NCBI GenBank assembly: GCA_964449185.1
Contig: CAYUYN010000001.1
Location: forward strand, 13,212 to 46,936
Length of the DNA: 33,725 nt
DNA from: an uncultured Anaerolineales bacterium
GTDB taxonomy: Bacteria > Chloroflexota > Anaerolineae > Anaerolineales > UBA6663
Direction: 5' to 3'
Positions 24,990 through 33,659 of the stretch are shown here, piece after piece. Each line of letters opens with the position of its first letter. Positions within the stretch are counted from its first letter, which is position 1. The translations under genes were made by a program, and so were the position numbers. The notes under the pieces were generated by a model. The model ran no database searches. It saw only the letters and a list, made by a program, of their open reading frames with translations, and was not told the DNA's origin.

Positions 24990-25184
24990 TCTCCCTGCCG
25001 ACTGTCGCCCGCGACGCCGTCTGCCTCCGCAGTCATTGACCCGCTCACCCATTACCCTTTGGCCGGTGTGGCGTTGAGGCCATAGGGCGATGGTTCGCTG
25101 CCAGCCCGACGCCGCGGCCCTGCTCGGCTGCGGCCAGACACCACTGCGTGGGCTACAAAACTCATGGCGAGGACCTAATCCTTC

Positions 25185-26048
25185 ATGGAAACAGTGCTGC
25201 ACTCCAAGTCAAAGACGGTGGTGATCAGTCCCGAACAGCCCTTTGTGATGATCGGCGAGCGGATCAATCCCTCGGGCCGCAAGAAATTGGGCGCCGAAAT
25301 GGCGGCAGGGGATTACAGCCGCGTGCGCCGCGATGCCGAAATCCAGGTGGCGGCCGGCGCCCATGTCCTGGACGTCAATGCCGGATATCCTTTGGGAGAT
25401 GAAGCGGCCATGCTTGTGGAAGCCATTCACGTCGTCAGCGCGGTGACCGATGTGCCCTTGTGCATTGACTCCTCGTTGGTGGAGGCGCTGGAGGTGGCCC
25501 TGGCCGCCTACCAGGGCAAGGCGCTGGTAAACTCGGTGACGTGTGAAGATGAACGGCTAGAACGTATCCTGCCGCTGGTTAAGAAGTACGGCGCGGCCGT
25601 CATAGGGATGGCCAACGATGAGACGAGCATCTCTAACGACCCGGTTGAACGCCTGGCCGTCGCGCGCCGGCTCGTCCAGCGGGCGAGTGACTTCGGTATT
25701 CCAGCTGAGGACGTTGTCATCGATCCACTCTGCTTGACCGTAGCCGCCGATACACAGGCGGCCCTCATCACGTTCACCAGCATGCGCTTGATCCGCGATG
25801 AGCTGGGCGTGAATATGGTCTGCGGGGCCAGCAACGTCTCATTCGGTCTCCCGGAACGTTCGGCCATCAATGCCGCTTTCCTGTCCGTGGCCATGGCCTG
25901 CGGTTTGACCTGTGCCATCACCGATGCCACGAATGCGGTGATCAAGCAGGCGGTGCTGGCCAGTGATGTTCTGTATGGCAAGGACGACTACGCGGCCAAC
26001 TGGATTGCCCATTATCGCCAGGCCAAGCGGAACGAAGCGCATACGTGA
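25185..26048 (+). CDS. Pterin-binding methyltransferase (methyltetrahydrofolate:corrinoid / methylcorrinoid:THF methyltransferase, MeTr/AcsE/CmuB-like)
   Basis: 287 aa. FVMIGERINPSGRKKL...AGAHVLDVNAG...PLCIDSS...ALVNSV...GASNVSFGLP matches the dihydropteroate-synthase-like pterin-binding barrel of MeTr and the MetH Hcy-distal domain. Confidence 0.88.
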   Translation: METVLHSKSKTVVISPEQPFVMIGERINPSGRKKLGAEMAAGDYSRVRRDAEIQVAAGAHVLDVNAGYPLGDEAAMLVEAIHVVSAVTDVPLCIDSSLVEALEVALAAYQGKALVNSVTCEDERLERILPLVKKYGAAVIGMANDETSISNDPVERLAVARRLVQRASDFGIPAEDVVIDPLCLTVAADTQAALITFTSMRLIRDELGVNMVCGASNVSFGLPERSAINAAFLSVAMACGLTCAITDATNAVIKQAVLASDVLYGKDDYAANWIAHYRQAKRNEAHT

Positions 26049-27949
26049 AGCATCTCATCACCTTTCTGCCTCAGGCGCTGCTGACCCACGCTCCGTCAGG
26101 CACGACTGTATTCAATGCCGCCAACTGGGCCGGTTTGGCTATTGATAGCACCTGCGGCGGCCGGGGCACATGCGGCAAGTGCAAAGTGCAAATGCTGGAG
26201 GGCGCGCAGGCCGTGACGGAAGCCGATCTGCGCTATCTGTCTGAAACCGAGATGGCCGAGGGCTGGCGCCTGTCTTGTCGGGCAGCTATCCACGGTGAGT
26301 GCGTGGTGACTGTCCCGCGTATGCAGACCGCGCCCAAGGCGGCCCTGCTGGGTTACGGCCGGCATGTGGCGATCGATCCAAACGTGACCAAAGTTTATCT
26401 CGAGCTCGCGGAGCCTGGGCTCGAGGATCAGCGCTCAGATGTAAGGCGTGTCACCCAAGCCCTGGGCGTGGAGGGCTACGAGGCACGCGTCGTTCCCTCG
26501 GTCTGGAGAGCGTTGCCCAAGCTGCTGCGCGCGCATGACTTTGCCATTACCGCGGTGGTGTGCGGGAACGAGCTCATCGCCGTTGAGGCGGGTGATACCA
26601 CGGCCCACAGCTACGGTCTGGCGCTCGACGTCGGTACGACGACAGTGGTGGGGGCCATTGTCAACCTGAATACCGGGGCGGTGGCCGCCGTCCAATCGAC
26701 CCTCAATGGCCAGGCCATCTTTGGGGCGGATGTCATCTCGCGCATCAGCTATGCCATGCTGGAGCCCAACGGCCTGGCGGAGCTGCAAACCCGCATTGTG
26801 ACGACCATCAGCGGCCTGATCGACCAACTCTTGGCGTCTTCGGGCGTGCAGCGCGAGCTCGTGTACGAGGTGGTCGCGGTTGGCAACGCCACGATGCTCC
26901 ATCTGCTGCTGGGAATCGATCCCGAGCCCATCGGCGTGGGTCCTTTTATACCGGCGATTGAAGACAGTGTCACCTTGCCCGCCGCTGAGCTCGGTCTCAA
27001 GCTTCATCCGGAGGCGCGGCTGTCGACCCTGCCCCATTTGGGCGCTTACGTGGGCGCCGACATCGTGGCAGGCATCCTGGCCACGGGCCTGGCCCGCAGC
27101 CAGGACGGCCGGCTGCGCCTGTATATCGACGTGGGGACCAACGGTGAAATCGTCCTGGGCTCGACCAGGCACGGCAATCTGGCGACCGCCGCCCCGGCCG
27201 GGCCGGCCTTCGAAGGCGCCCAGATCGCCTGCGGCATGCGCGCCAGCACCGGGGCAATCGAAGGCGTGGTCATCACCGCCGACGTGGAGCTGCAGATCAT
27301 CGGCGGTGACGTGCGTCCGCTCGGTTTATGCGGTTCTGGCCTGGTGGACGCGGTCGCCGAGCTCATCCAGTGCGGCCTGGTGGACAAATCAGGCCGTTTG
27401 TTGACCCCGGCGCAGGCGCTGGGGCGAGGTGTGCCTGAGGCCCTGATTGCTCGTCTCGTAGAGATCAAAGGCGTGCGTGCCTTCCGGCTTAGCGGGCTCG
27501 AGGACAACATTGTGCTTACGCAGCCGGATATACGCGCGCTGCAGTTTGCCAAGGCCGCGATTGCCGCCGGGGCCAGTGTTCTGCTCGCCCGGCTGGGGGT
27601 GACGGCTGCCGACCTGCACGAGGTGCTGTTGGCCGGGTCGTTTGGCTCCTACATCAATCCGGCCAGCGCCCGCCTGATCGGCCTGGTGCCCTGGCTCGCG
27701 GTCGACCGCATCATCGCGGTGGGCAACACGGCCGGAGAGGGCGCTAAGATGGCGCTGTTGTCGTTTCGCGAGCGCGAAGCCGCCCAGCGCATCCCCGATT
27801 TCGTCGAGTACCTTGAACTGTCGGGGCGCCCCGAGTTTACTGATATTTTCACCGAGGCCCTCGCCTTTCCCACGCCGCCAGACCAACAGACGGAGGCCGC
27901 GCCAACGCCGGACGCCCACGCCACCGGCGCCCAGGGCCGGCCGCATTAA
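26045..27949 (+). CDS. RACo-type reductive activator of corrinoid enzymes (N-terminal [2Fe-2S] ferredoxin plus ASKHA/DUF4445 ATPase)
   Basis: 634 aa. It has the plant-type ferredoxin Cys motif DSTCGGRGTCGKCKV...LSCRA, followed by a long ASKHA-like region (LDVGTTTVVG, IDVGTNGEIVLG, GPAFEGA). The GTG start overlaps the methyltransferase stop (GTGA). Confidence 0.85.
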   Translation: MKHLITFLPQALLTHAPSGTTVFNAANWAGLAIDSTCGGRGTCGKCKVQMLEGAQAVTEADLRYLSETEMAEGWRLSCRAAIHGECVVTVPRMQTAPKAALLGYGRHVAIDPNVTKVYLELAEPGLEDQRSDVRRVTQALGVEGYEARVVPSVWRALPKLLRAHDFAITAVVCGNELIAVEAGDTTAHSYGLALDVGTTTVVGAIVNLNTGAVAAVQSTLNGQAIFGADVISRISYAMLEPNGLAELQTRIVTTISGLIDQLLASSGVQRELVYEVVAVGNATMLHLLLGIDPEPIGVGPFIPAIEDSVTLPAAELGLKLHPEARLSTLPHLGAYVGADIVAGILATGLARSQDGRLRLYIDVGTNGEIVLGSTRHGNLATAAPAGPAFEGAQIACGMRASTGAIEGVVITADVELQIIGGDVRPLGLCGSGLVDAVAELIQCGLVDKSGRLLTPAQALGRGVPEALIARLVEIKGVRAFRLSGLEDNIVLTQPDIRALQFAKAAIAAGASVLLARLGVTAADLHEVLLAGSFGSYINPASARLIGLVPWLAVDRIIAVGNTAGEGAKMALLSFREREAAQRIPDFVEYLELSGRPEFTDIFTEALAFPTPPDQQTEAAPTPDAHATGAQGRPH

Positions 27950-28370
27950 GCGACGCGATAGAGGGGCGGCAGACCCTGAGCCGGCCGGTTGGCGTTCTCG
28001 ACGCAGGCCAGGCCGCGCTTACGAGCTGTTCCCCGGGTCACGCCCGCCATGTGAGGGGGGCACAGCACATTGTCCATGCCCAGCAGCGGATGAGCCGGGT
28101 TGAGCGGCTCGCTCTCGAAGACGTCCAGACCCGCGCCACGGATCCAGCCCAACTGTAGCGCTTCGACCAAGGCCGCCTCGTCGACGCTCGCGCGTGCCCA
28201 TCGCCCCACCGGGGTCAATGACCAAGTCCACGCCTTTGAACTGGCCGGCCAGCGGCTGCTCGGGGGCTAGAAATTGCAGGGGATATTCGCCTTCCACGGC
28301 GGCTAGAAACTCGTCGGTCCAGACGTTCGGCGAAGGTGGGCGCTGATTGAGATAGAGTATTTTCAGGCGG
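27946..28370 (-). pseudogene. D-2-hydroxyacid dehydrogenase remnant: N-terminal and C-terminal pieces joined, NAD-binding core missing, frameshifted
   Basis: One frame reads LKILYLNQRPPSPNVWTDEFLAAVEGEYPLQFLAPEQPLAGQFKGVDLVIDPGG, an N-terminal domain. After a frame change it reads RASVDEAALVEALQLGWIRGAGLDVFESEPL..HPLLGMDNVLCPPHMAG, the C-terminal catalytic His region. No GxGxxG Rossmann segment lies between them. Confidence 0.6.
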
Positions 28371-28397
28371 CCTGTGTTGGTCTGGCAGCCGGGCGTC

Positions 28398-28619
28398 TCA
28401 TAGGTCGATAGGGCGGTTCTCTCGCGCCGATTTCAGTAGGGCCACGATGGCGGCCACATTGTTCTGACTGTCAGACAGCGGGATCACCGGGGCCGCGCCA
28501 TCCAAGATCGTGGCGACCGCCAGCAGCTCCGAGCGGGCCGAGGCCCGAAGGCAAGGGATAAGACGTTCGTTGATGCGGGCCGTGCTCAGCAGACCCCAGC
28601 GCACTTTATTGGGGATCAT
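28398..28619 (-). pseudogene. Gfo/Idh/MocA oxidoreductase mini-remnant (N-terminus fused to the extreme C-terminus)
   Basis: The 73-aa ORF starts VRWGLLSTARINERLIPCLRASARSELLAVA, a family N-terminal Rossmann start. It then runs directly into ILDGAAPVIPLSDSQNNVAAIVALLKSARENRPIDL, a typical family C-terminal tail. About 250 residues of core are missing. Confidence 0.55.
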
Positions 28620-28628
28620 CGCTGCCGC

Positions 28629-29813
28629 CTATGGGTGTGCCATTTGCAGCGAGCGCACCGCTTCCCACTGGCCACTGTCCCACGAGCGCTGCATGGCGGC
28701 CTGCACTTCCGCCACCGCCAGGGCCTCGCGAAAGCCGGGCGCGTTCTGGACTCCCTCGGCCACCGATTTCAGGAACTGGTAGGCCTCGATGGCCTTAAGG
28801 TCATCGTAGCCGATGCCAATGCCCGGGCCTGGGTTGAAATGGCCGTGGAACGGGTGAGCGGGCCCGCCAAAGAGGGTGGCATAGCCTTCGTGCACCGCGT
28901 CGCCACCGGGTACGTAGACTTTTAGCTCATTGAGCCGCTCGAAGTTCCAGCCCAGGGCGCCCGCGGTGCCGTTCAGCTCGAAGGCCATCTCGCACTTCGG
29001 TCCGAAGATTGCCCGGCAGACCTCGAGCGATCCTTGGGCGCCGTTCTCAAACTGCACCAGCGCGCCAACATAGTCTTCGTTGGTGACGTCCCCGAGTGGG
29101 TCACCGGGTTGGCCCAACGAGAAGTGGGTGCCCCGGCCCGGAACGGGCAGCGGTCGTTTTTGGATAAAGGTGTGCTGGTTGCTCACCAGGCGCTTAATCG
29201 GGCCAGCCAACAGGGAGGCCATATCGATCACGTGCGACATGATGTCACCCAGCGTGCCCAGCCCAGCCAGCGAGCGATCGAAGCGCCAGGTCAGTTGGCC
29301 TTGGGGATGGCTGCCGTACATAGCGAAGAAGCGGCCACGATAGTGCGTGAGCGTGCCCACGCGGCCGCTGCGAATGAGCTGGAGGGCATACTGCACCATC
29401 GGCGCCCAGCGGTAGTTGTAGCCGACAAAGCTCAAAACGCCGGCCTCGCGTGCCAGCGCCTCGATCAGCGCGGTCTCCTGCGGCGAGCGGCCGACTGGCT
29501 TCTCGCAGAAAATGTGCTTCTTGGCATCCGCGGCCGCCCGGACCATCTCGACGTGCAGGTGGTTGGGTGAGGCAATGTTCACAACCTCGACAGCGGGATG
29601 GGCCATGACAGCGCGCCAATCGGTGGAGCAGGTTTCGAACCCAAACATCTCCTGCGCCGATTGCGCGCGCTCCGCGACCTCATCCGCGCAGATGACCAGG
29701 CGCGGCCAGATATTATCGGCGTGGAAGCGGTCGCGCATCTGGCGGTAGGCGCGGCTGTGCACCATGCCCATCCAGCCCATACCGATCACCCCAATGCCGA
29801 CGGTCCGTCTCAT
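28629..29813 (-). CDS. Gfo/Idh/MocA family oxidoreductase
   Basis: The start at the ATG at 29813 has AGGAAAGGA upstream. It has [23 protein letters not shown] and the EKP motif (IFCEKPVGR). Confidence 0.88.
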   Translation of the reverse strand: MRRTVGIGVIGMGWMGMVHSRAYRQMRDRFHADNIWPRLVICADEVAERAQSAQEMFGFETCSTDWRAVMAHPAVEVVNIASPNHLHVEMVRAAADAKKHIFCEKPVGRSPQETALIEALAREAGVLSFVGYNYRWAPMVQYALQLIRSGRVGTLTHYRGRFFAMYGSHPQGQLTWRFDRSLAGLGTLGDIMSHVIDMASLLAGPIKRLVSNQHTFIQKRPLPVPGRGTHFSLGQPGDPLGDVTNEDYVGALVQFENGAQGSLEVCRAIFGPKCEMAFELNGTAGALGWNFERLNELKVYVPGGDAVHEGYATLFGGPAHPFHGHFNPGPGIGIGYDDLKAIEAYQFLKSVAEGVQNAPGFREALAVAEVQAAMQRSWDSGQWEAVRSLQMAHP

Positions 29814-29907
29814 AGCAAGCATCCTTTCCTGATGGGGCCATGCCATTGCGTCGCTGCGGCGGCGCGTTGTTGTGATAACTGTTGCGAAGCCTGCCGACTG
29901 GCCCGCC

Positions 29908-30792
29908 TCATCCCAGTCCTAGCTCGCGCAGATAGGCTCGCGTGCGGCGGGCGATGGGCAGCGGCTTATCGAACGGCGTGGGGAACAAGTCCTGCTCCAC
30001 TACCGCCCAGCCCCTGAAGTCAATTTCGCGCAGCAAATCGCGCAGCTTTGGAAAATTGATCGTGCCGAGGGCCGGCTCGGTGAACAGGCCCATGCCCACG
30101 GCCGCGTGGAGGGAGGCGCCCGCGGCCTGGGCCTGGCGGTGGACTGCGGCATCGATGCTCTTCAAATGCAGGTAGGGGATGCGCGGGTGATGCCGGCGCA
30201 CGAACTCCACCGGGTCGGTGCCCCGATAAGCAAACCACCCAGTGTCGAGGCACAGCGACACGCGGGCCGGATCCGTGCGCTGCAGCAGCTCCTCCAGTTG
30301 ATCCTCATACTCAATGAAGGATTCGGCATGGTTGTGGAAGAGCAGGGTCAAGTCGTAGTGCTCGCGCACCAGGTCGGCCGCCCGGTGTGTGTTCTTGACC
30401 ACGCACGCCCAGCCATCTTTATCCAGGCGCAGCGGACCAATCAGCTTGCCGTTCGCATCGGCATACGGCTCCGCGATCAGCACAATGTATTGCGCGCCCA
30501 GGGCGGCCAGCAGCGCGCCTGTAGCGTGCAGCCGCTGTTCGAGCTCCGGCCAGCCGCCGGCGGCTTCGAGCCTGCCAAAGACAAACGTCGCGGACACCCG
30601 CAGGCCGCGGCGATCCAGTTCGGCGCGCAGGACGGGCAGCTCTGTCGGCAAGTAGCCGTACGGCCCCAGCTCGATCCATTGGTAGCCGGCCTCGGCGGCC
30701 TCATCCAAGAATTGCGTCCACGGCGGCTGGCGCGGATCATCCGCGAACCAGACGCCCCAGGAGTCCGGCGCTGTACCAATCTTGACGTCCAT
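29908..30792 (-). CDS. Xylose-isomerase-like TIM-barrel protein (IolE/MocC-like), paralogue of 24105-24989
   Basis: The start at the ATG at 30792 has GGAGGAG upstream. [16 protein letters not shown]...[11 protein letters not shown]...[29 protein letters not shown]. It has the same 294-aa length and shares its termini with the plus-strand paralogue. Confidence 0.82.
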   Translation of the reverse strand: MDVKIGTAPDSWGVWFADDPRQPPWTQFLDEAAEAGYQWIELGPYGYLPTELPVLRAELDRRGLRVSATFVFGRLEAAGGWPELEQRLHATGALLAALGAQYIVLIAEPYADANGKLIGPLRLDKDGWACVVKNTHRAADLVREHYDLTLLFHNHAESFIEYEDQLEELLQRTDPARVSLCLDTGWFAYRGTDPVEFVRRHHPRIPYLHLKSIDAAVHRQAQAAGASLHAAVGMGLFTEPALGTINFPKLRDLLREIDFRGWAVVEQDLFPTPFDKPLPIARRTRAYLRELGLG

Positions 30793-30797
30793 GGTGA

Positions 30798-31973
30798 TCA
30801 CTCCTCCGCCGCTGCCAGTTCTGGCAGCTTTAAAAGCCGGGCGGCATTGCCGCCCAAGATGAGGGCCTTTTCCCTGGGCGACAGGAAGTCGCAGTGGCTG
30901 CGAATGAAGGCAAGCGCCTGGCGGTAGGTGCACCAGTTGCCGCCCGAATAGGGCATATCAGTGCCCCATAACAGCTTTTCGGCGCCCACGCCGTCCCGCA
31001 GCTGCTTGAGCATGGCCTGCCCCCCCGGAAAGGGATACTCGGGCCACTTGGCCTGCATCAGGACTTCAGCGTACGTATTGGGGCGCTCGAGCAGCCGCCA
31101 CACCCCATCCGGGATGCCGATCTCGTGGATGATGGCTGCCGGCACCAGGCCGTGCGTCATCACCGTCGCAAGGTCGGGATGCACCTCAGCCCAGCGCTCC
31201 AGCTCGGCCACGCGCTGCAGAAAGCCGGCCGTCCGGTCGCGCCTGCGGGCGTCCAGGTACCACCACACGGAAATCCCCAGGTCGCCGACGAGCTTCCACA
31301 GCGGCTTGAAGCGCGCGTCGTCGATGTGATCGACGTACCCGCGCAGCGCAAAGAGCTCCACGCTGAAGTACAGACCTCGGCAGCCATATTCTCGGACGGC
31401 GTGCTCGAGGCGCTTGAGCTGCTCAGGCTGGTCGGCGTCGGTCTCGCGGATCTGTGCCAGCCCGATGAAGCGCCCTGGGTAGCGCTGCATGGCCTGGGCG
31501 TAATACTGGTCGATGTTCACCCCATAGACGTGGTCGCTCTGCAGCACGCCCATGTCTACGCCGGCCACGTTCATTTCGGCGATCATCCTTTCGGGCGTCG
31601 CCTCCAGGCTCTCCAGGCCGGGGGGGTAGAGCTGAACGTAGTAGTCCTCGCCATCGATGGTGAACTCGGCCTGGCCGTAGCGGCCCATGCGAAAGTTCAC
31701 GTCGGGCATGTCGTGGAGGCTGTCCGAGGGGTAGTCAAGCAGCCGTTGGTTCATGCGGGCCCCGTCACGCCTGCGCCAGATCTCGGTGAAATCGCGCAGG
31801 TGGTACTGCCACAACTGCATGGTCAGCCGGGCGCTCTCTGGTCCAGAGCCGGTGCCGAACCGCGGAAAAATGTGGAAGTGCGCGTCGATGATCTGGGTGC
31901 GCTGGGCGGCCGGCGGCTCGTCTGCGAACCGCCACCCACCGCCGAAAAACTGCATAGGAAGTTGGTCACTCAA
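30798..31973 (-). CDS. Amidohydrolase-2 family protein (larger variant)
   Basis: 391 aa. It has the IIDAHFHIFP metal-binding start and a LLWGTDMPY C-terminal motif. The TTG start at 31973 has AGGAG 8 nt upstream. Confidence 0.8.
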   Translation of the reverse strand: MSDQLPMQFFGGGWRFADEPPAAQRTQIIDAHFHIFPRFGTGSGPESARLTMQLWQYHLRDFTEIWRRRDGARMNQRLLDYPSDSLHDMPDVNFRMGRYGQAEFTIDGEDYYVQLYPPGLESLEATPERMIAEMNVAGVDMGVLQSDHVYGVNIDQYYAQAMQRYPGRFIGLAQIRETDADQPEQLKRLEHAVREYGCRGLYFSVELFALRGYVDHIDDARFKPLWKLVGDLGISVWWYLDARRRDRTAGFLQRVAELERWAEVHPDLATVMTHGLVPAAIIHEIGIPDGVWRLLERPNTYAEVLMQAKWPEYPFPGGQAMLKQLRDGVGAEKLLWGTDMPYSGGNWCTYRQALAFIRSHCDFLSPREKALILGGNAARLLKLPELAAAEE

Positions 31974-32011
31974 GCCGGTCGCTCCTGCTCATGCGAGACC
32001 ACACCCGTCCG

Positions 32012-32842
32012 CTACAGGCCGGGCACGTAGCCCCGCCCCCATTGCACTGGGCGGGGCTCGCGGAAGTCGCCCGTGAGCGGCATGATGGCGGCCTGGCCGC
32101 CATCACAAACGATGGTCTGCCCAATAATGTAGCGCGCCTCGTCGGAAGCCAGGAACAGGGCCAGACGGCCGATGTCGCGCGGGGCGCCGATGAAGCCGGC
32201 CGGTATCTCGCGCCCAGCGGCTTCTTGGTTTAGCTCCTTAAGCTCGCGAAGGTGGTTCTCGGTCAGAATCCAGCCGGGGGCGATGGCGTTGACCCGAATA
32301 CCCTTGGGTGCCAGCTCCAGGGCCAGCACGCGCGTGAAGGCGACGATAGCGGCCTTGGTGCCAGCATAAACGGTATGCTCGGTCATGCCGAAGAAGGCGT
32401 GGTTTGACGCCAGGTTGATCACGACGCCGTGCCCCTGCGCGATCATGCTGGGCACGACCGTCTGAGTGACGAAGAACAGGCCGCGGATGTTGACGTTGTA
32501 GAGCGTGTCGAACTGCTCGACCGTCACTTTTTCGAAGGGCCGGTTCATGGTGATGCCGGCATTGTTGACCAGCACGTCGAGGCCTCCCAGGAACTCCAAG
32601 GCCTGCGTGCCCAGGCCGCGCACCTGGTCGATGTCGTTAAAGTTGGCCTGTATGGCCATAGACTTGCCGCCGGCACGCTGGATCTCTTCCGCCGTGGCGT
32701 GAGCACCGGCGCCGTCCAGCGGGTAATGCAGGGCAACGGCGGCGCCTGCCCGAGCAAATTCAAGGGCCACGCCCCGGCCGATGCCTGTATCTGAACCGGT
32801 GACGAGCACCCTCAGGCCTTTTGCCTTCATAGGCTCTGTCAT
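32012..32842 (-). CDS. Short-chain dehydrogenase/reductase (SDR) family oxidoreductase
   Basis: It has the TGSDTGIGRG cofactor motif, NNAG and the catalytic YAGTKAA (YxxxK). The ATG at 32842 lies 9 nt after AAGGAGA. The GTG at 32848 is an alternative start. Confidence 0.9.
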   Translation of the reverse strand: MTEPMKAKGLRVLVTGSDTGIGRGVALEFARAGAAVALHYPLDGAGAHATAEEIQRAGGKSMAIQANFNDIDQVRGLGTQALEFLGGLDVLVNNAGITMNRPFEKVTVEQFDTLYNVNIRGLFFVTQTVVPSMIAQGHGVVINLASNHAFFGMTEHTVYAGTKAAIVAFTRVLALELAPKGIRVNAIAPGWILTENHLRELKELNQEAAGREIPAGFIGAPRDIGRLALFLASDEARYIIGQTIVCDGGQAAIMPLTGDFREPRPVQWGRGYVPGL

Positions 32843-32855
32843 GGTCACTGTCTCC

Positions 32856-33659
32856 TTACGTGAGCCCGAGCGACGCCAGATACCGTCGGGATTGGGCCAT
32901 AGCGGCGTTAACCTCTCCCAAAGACGGCTGTGCCTCCGCCTGGAACTCGACTTCGACGCTGAACGGTCCCGTGTAGCCAGCGCGCTCCAGCACGCTCAGC
33001 AGCGCGGCAAAATCAATGTGGCCTTCCCCAAGCGCGGGAAAGTTCCAATCCCCCTTGCCGCCAATCTTGTCCTTGAGATGGCAGTGCGCCAGGTACGGCA
33101 GGGTCGGCTCGATATCCTCTAGCACTGGGAGGCCGGCAAAGTATTCCGAATTGGCAGTATCGTAGTTGATGCGCACGGCCGGATGATCAACCTTTTCGAT
33201 CAGGGTGCGGGTCTGCCGGCCCGTGCCGGTCAGTGTGCCGTGGATCTCCAGGCCAATGACGACCTGGCGCCGGGCGGCATACTCGGCCAGCGCCGGGATG
33301 CCGGCCAGGAAGGCCGCCTCGTCCTCGTGGTCGTTGAAGGCGCCCCCGACGGCCGTGTTCAGGAGGCCAATGCCCAACTCCGCACACAGGTCGAGCGCCC
33401 GACAGGCATCGTCTTGGCCCGCTGGCGCTGTCAGGTCGGAGTGTCCGCTGAGGCTGAGGGGAACGAGGCCGGCGTCGTTGATTTGGCGCCGAACGGCACG
33501 CAGCCGGGCCGGACTGGCCTCCAGCGGTACGTGTTGAATCACGCCGCGGATAGCGGCCAGCTCGACATAGTGGAAGCCCGCCGCTGCGATTCCGGCCAGC
33601 GCCTCATCCAGGGTGAACCATTGATAGCTGGTAGTGGTTGCGCCCAGCCGATTTTGCAT
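32856..33659 (-). CDS. Xylose-isomerase-like TIM-barrel protein (sugar phosphate isomerase/epimerase family)
   Basis: MQNRLGATTTSYQWFTLDEALAGIAAAGFHYVELAA..., LEIHG and HCHLKD are typical of the family. I chose an internal ATG start by arithmetic from the ORF track. My base counting at the window end is uncertain by 1 nt. The ORF stays open to the window edge. Confidence 0.75.
   Translation of the reverse strand: MQNRLGATTTSYQWFTLDEALAGIAAAGFHYVELAAIRGVIQHVPLEASPARLRAVRRQINDAGLVPLSLSGHSDLTAPAGQDDACRALDLCAELGIGLLNTAVGGAFNDHEDEAAFLAGIPALAEYAARRQVVIGLEIHGTLTGTGRQTRTLIEKVDHPAVRINYDTANSEYFAGLPVLEDIEPTLPYLAHCHLKDKIGGKGDWNFPALGEGHIDFAALLSVLERAGYTGPFSVEVEFQAEAQPSLGEVNAAMAQSRRYLASLGLT

Noticed and set aside
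27940-28030. Rho-independent terminator expected where the rightward operon ends, at the convergent junction
   Set aside because: No GC-rich hairpin followed by a T-run is visible. The RACo stop overlaps the end of the decayed dehydrogenase reading frame instead.
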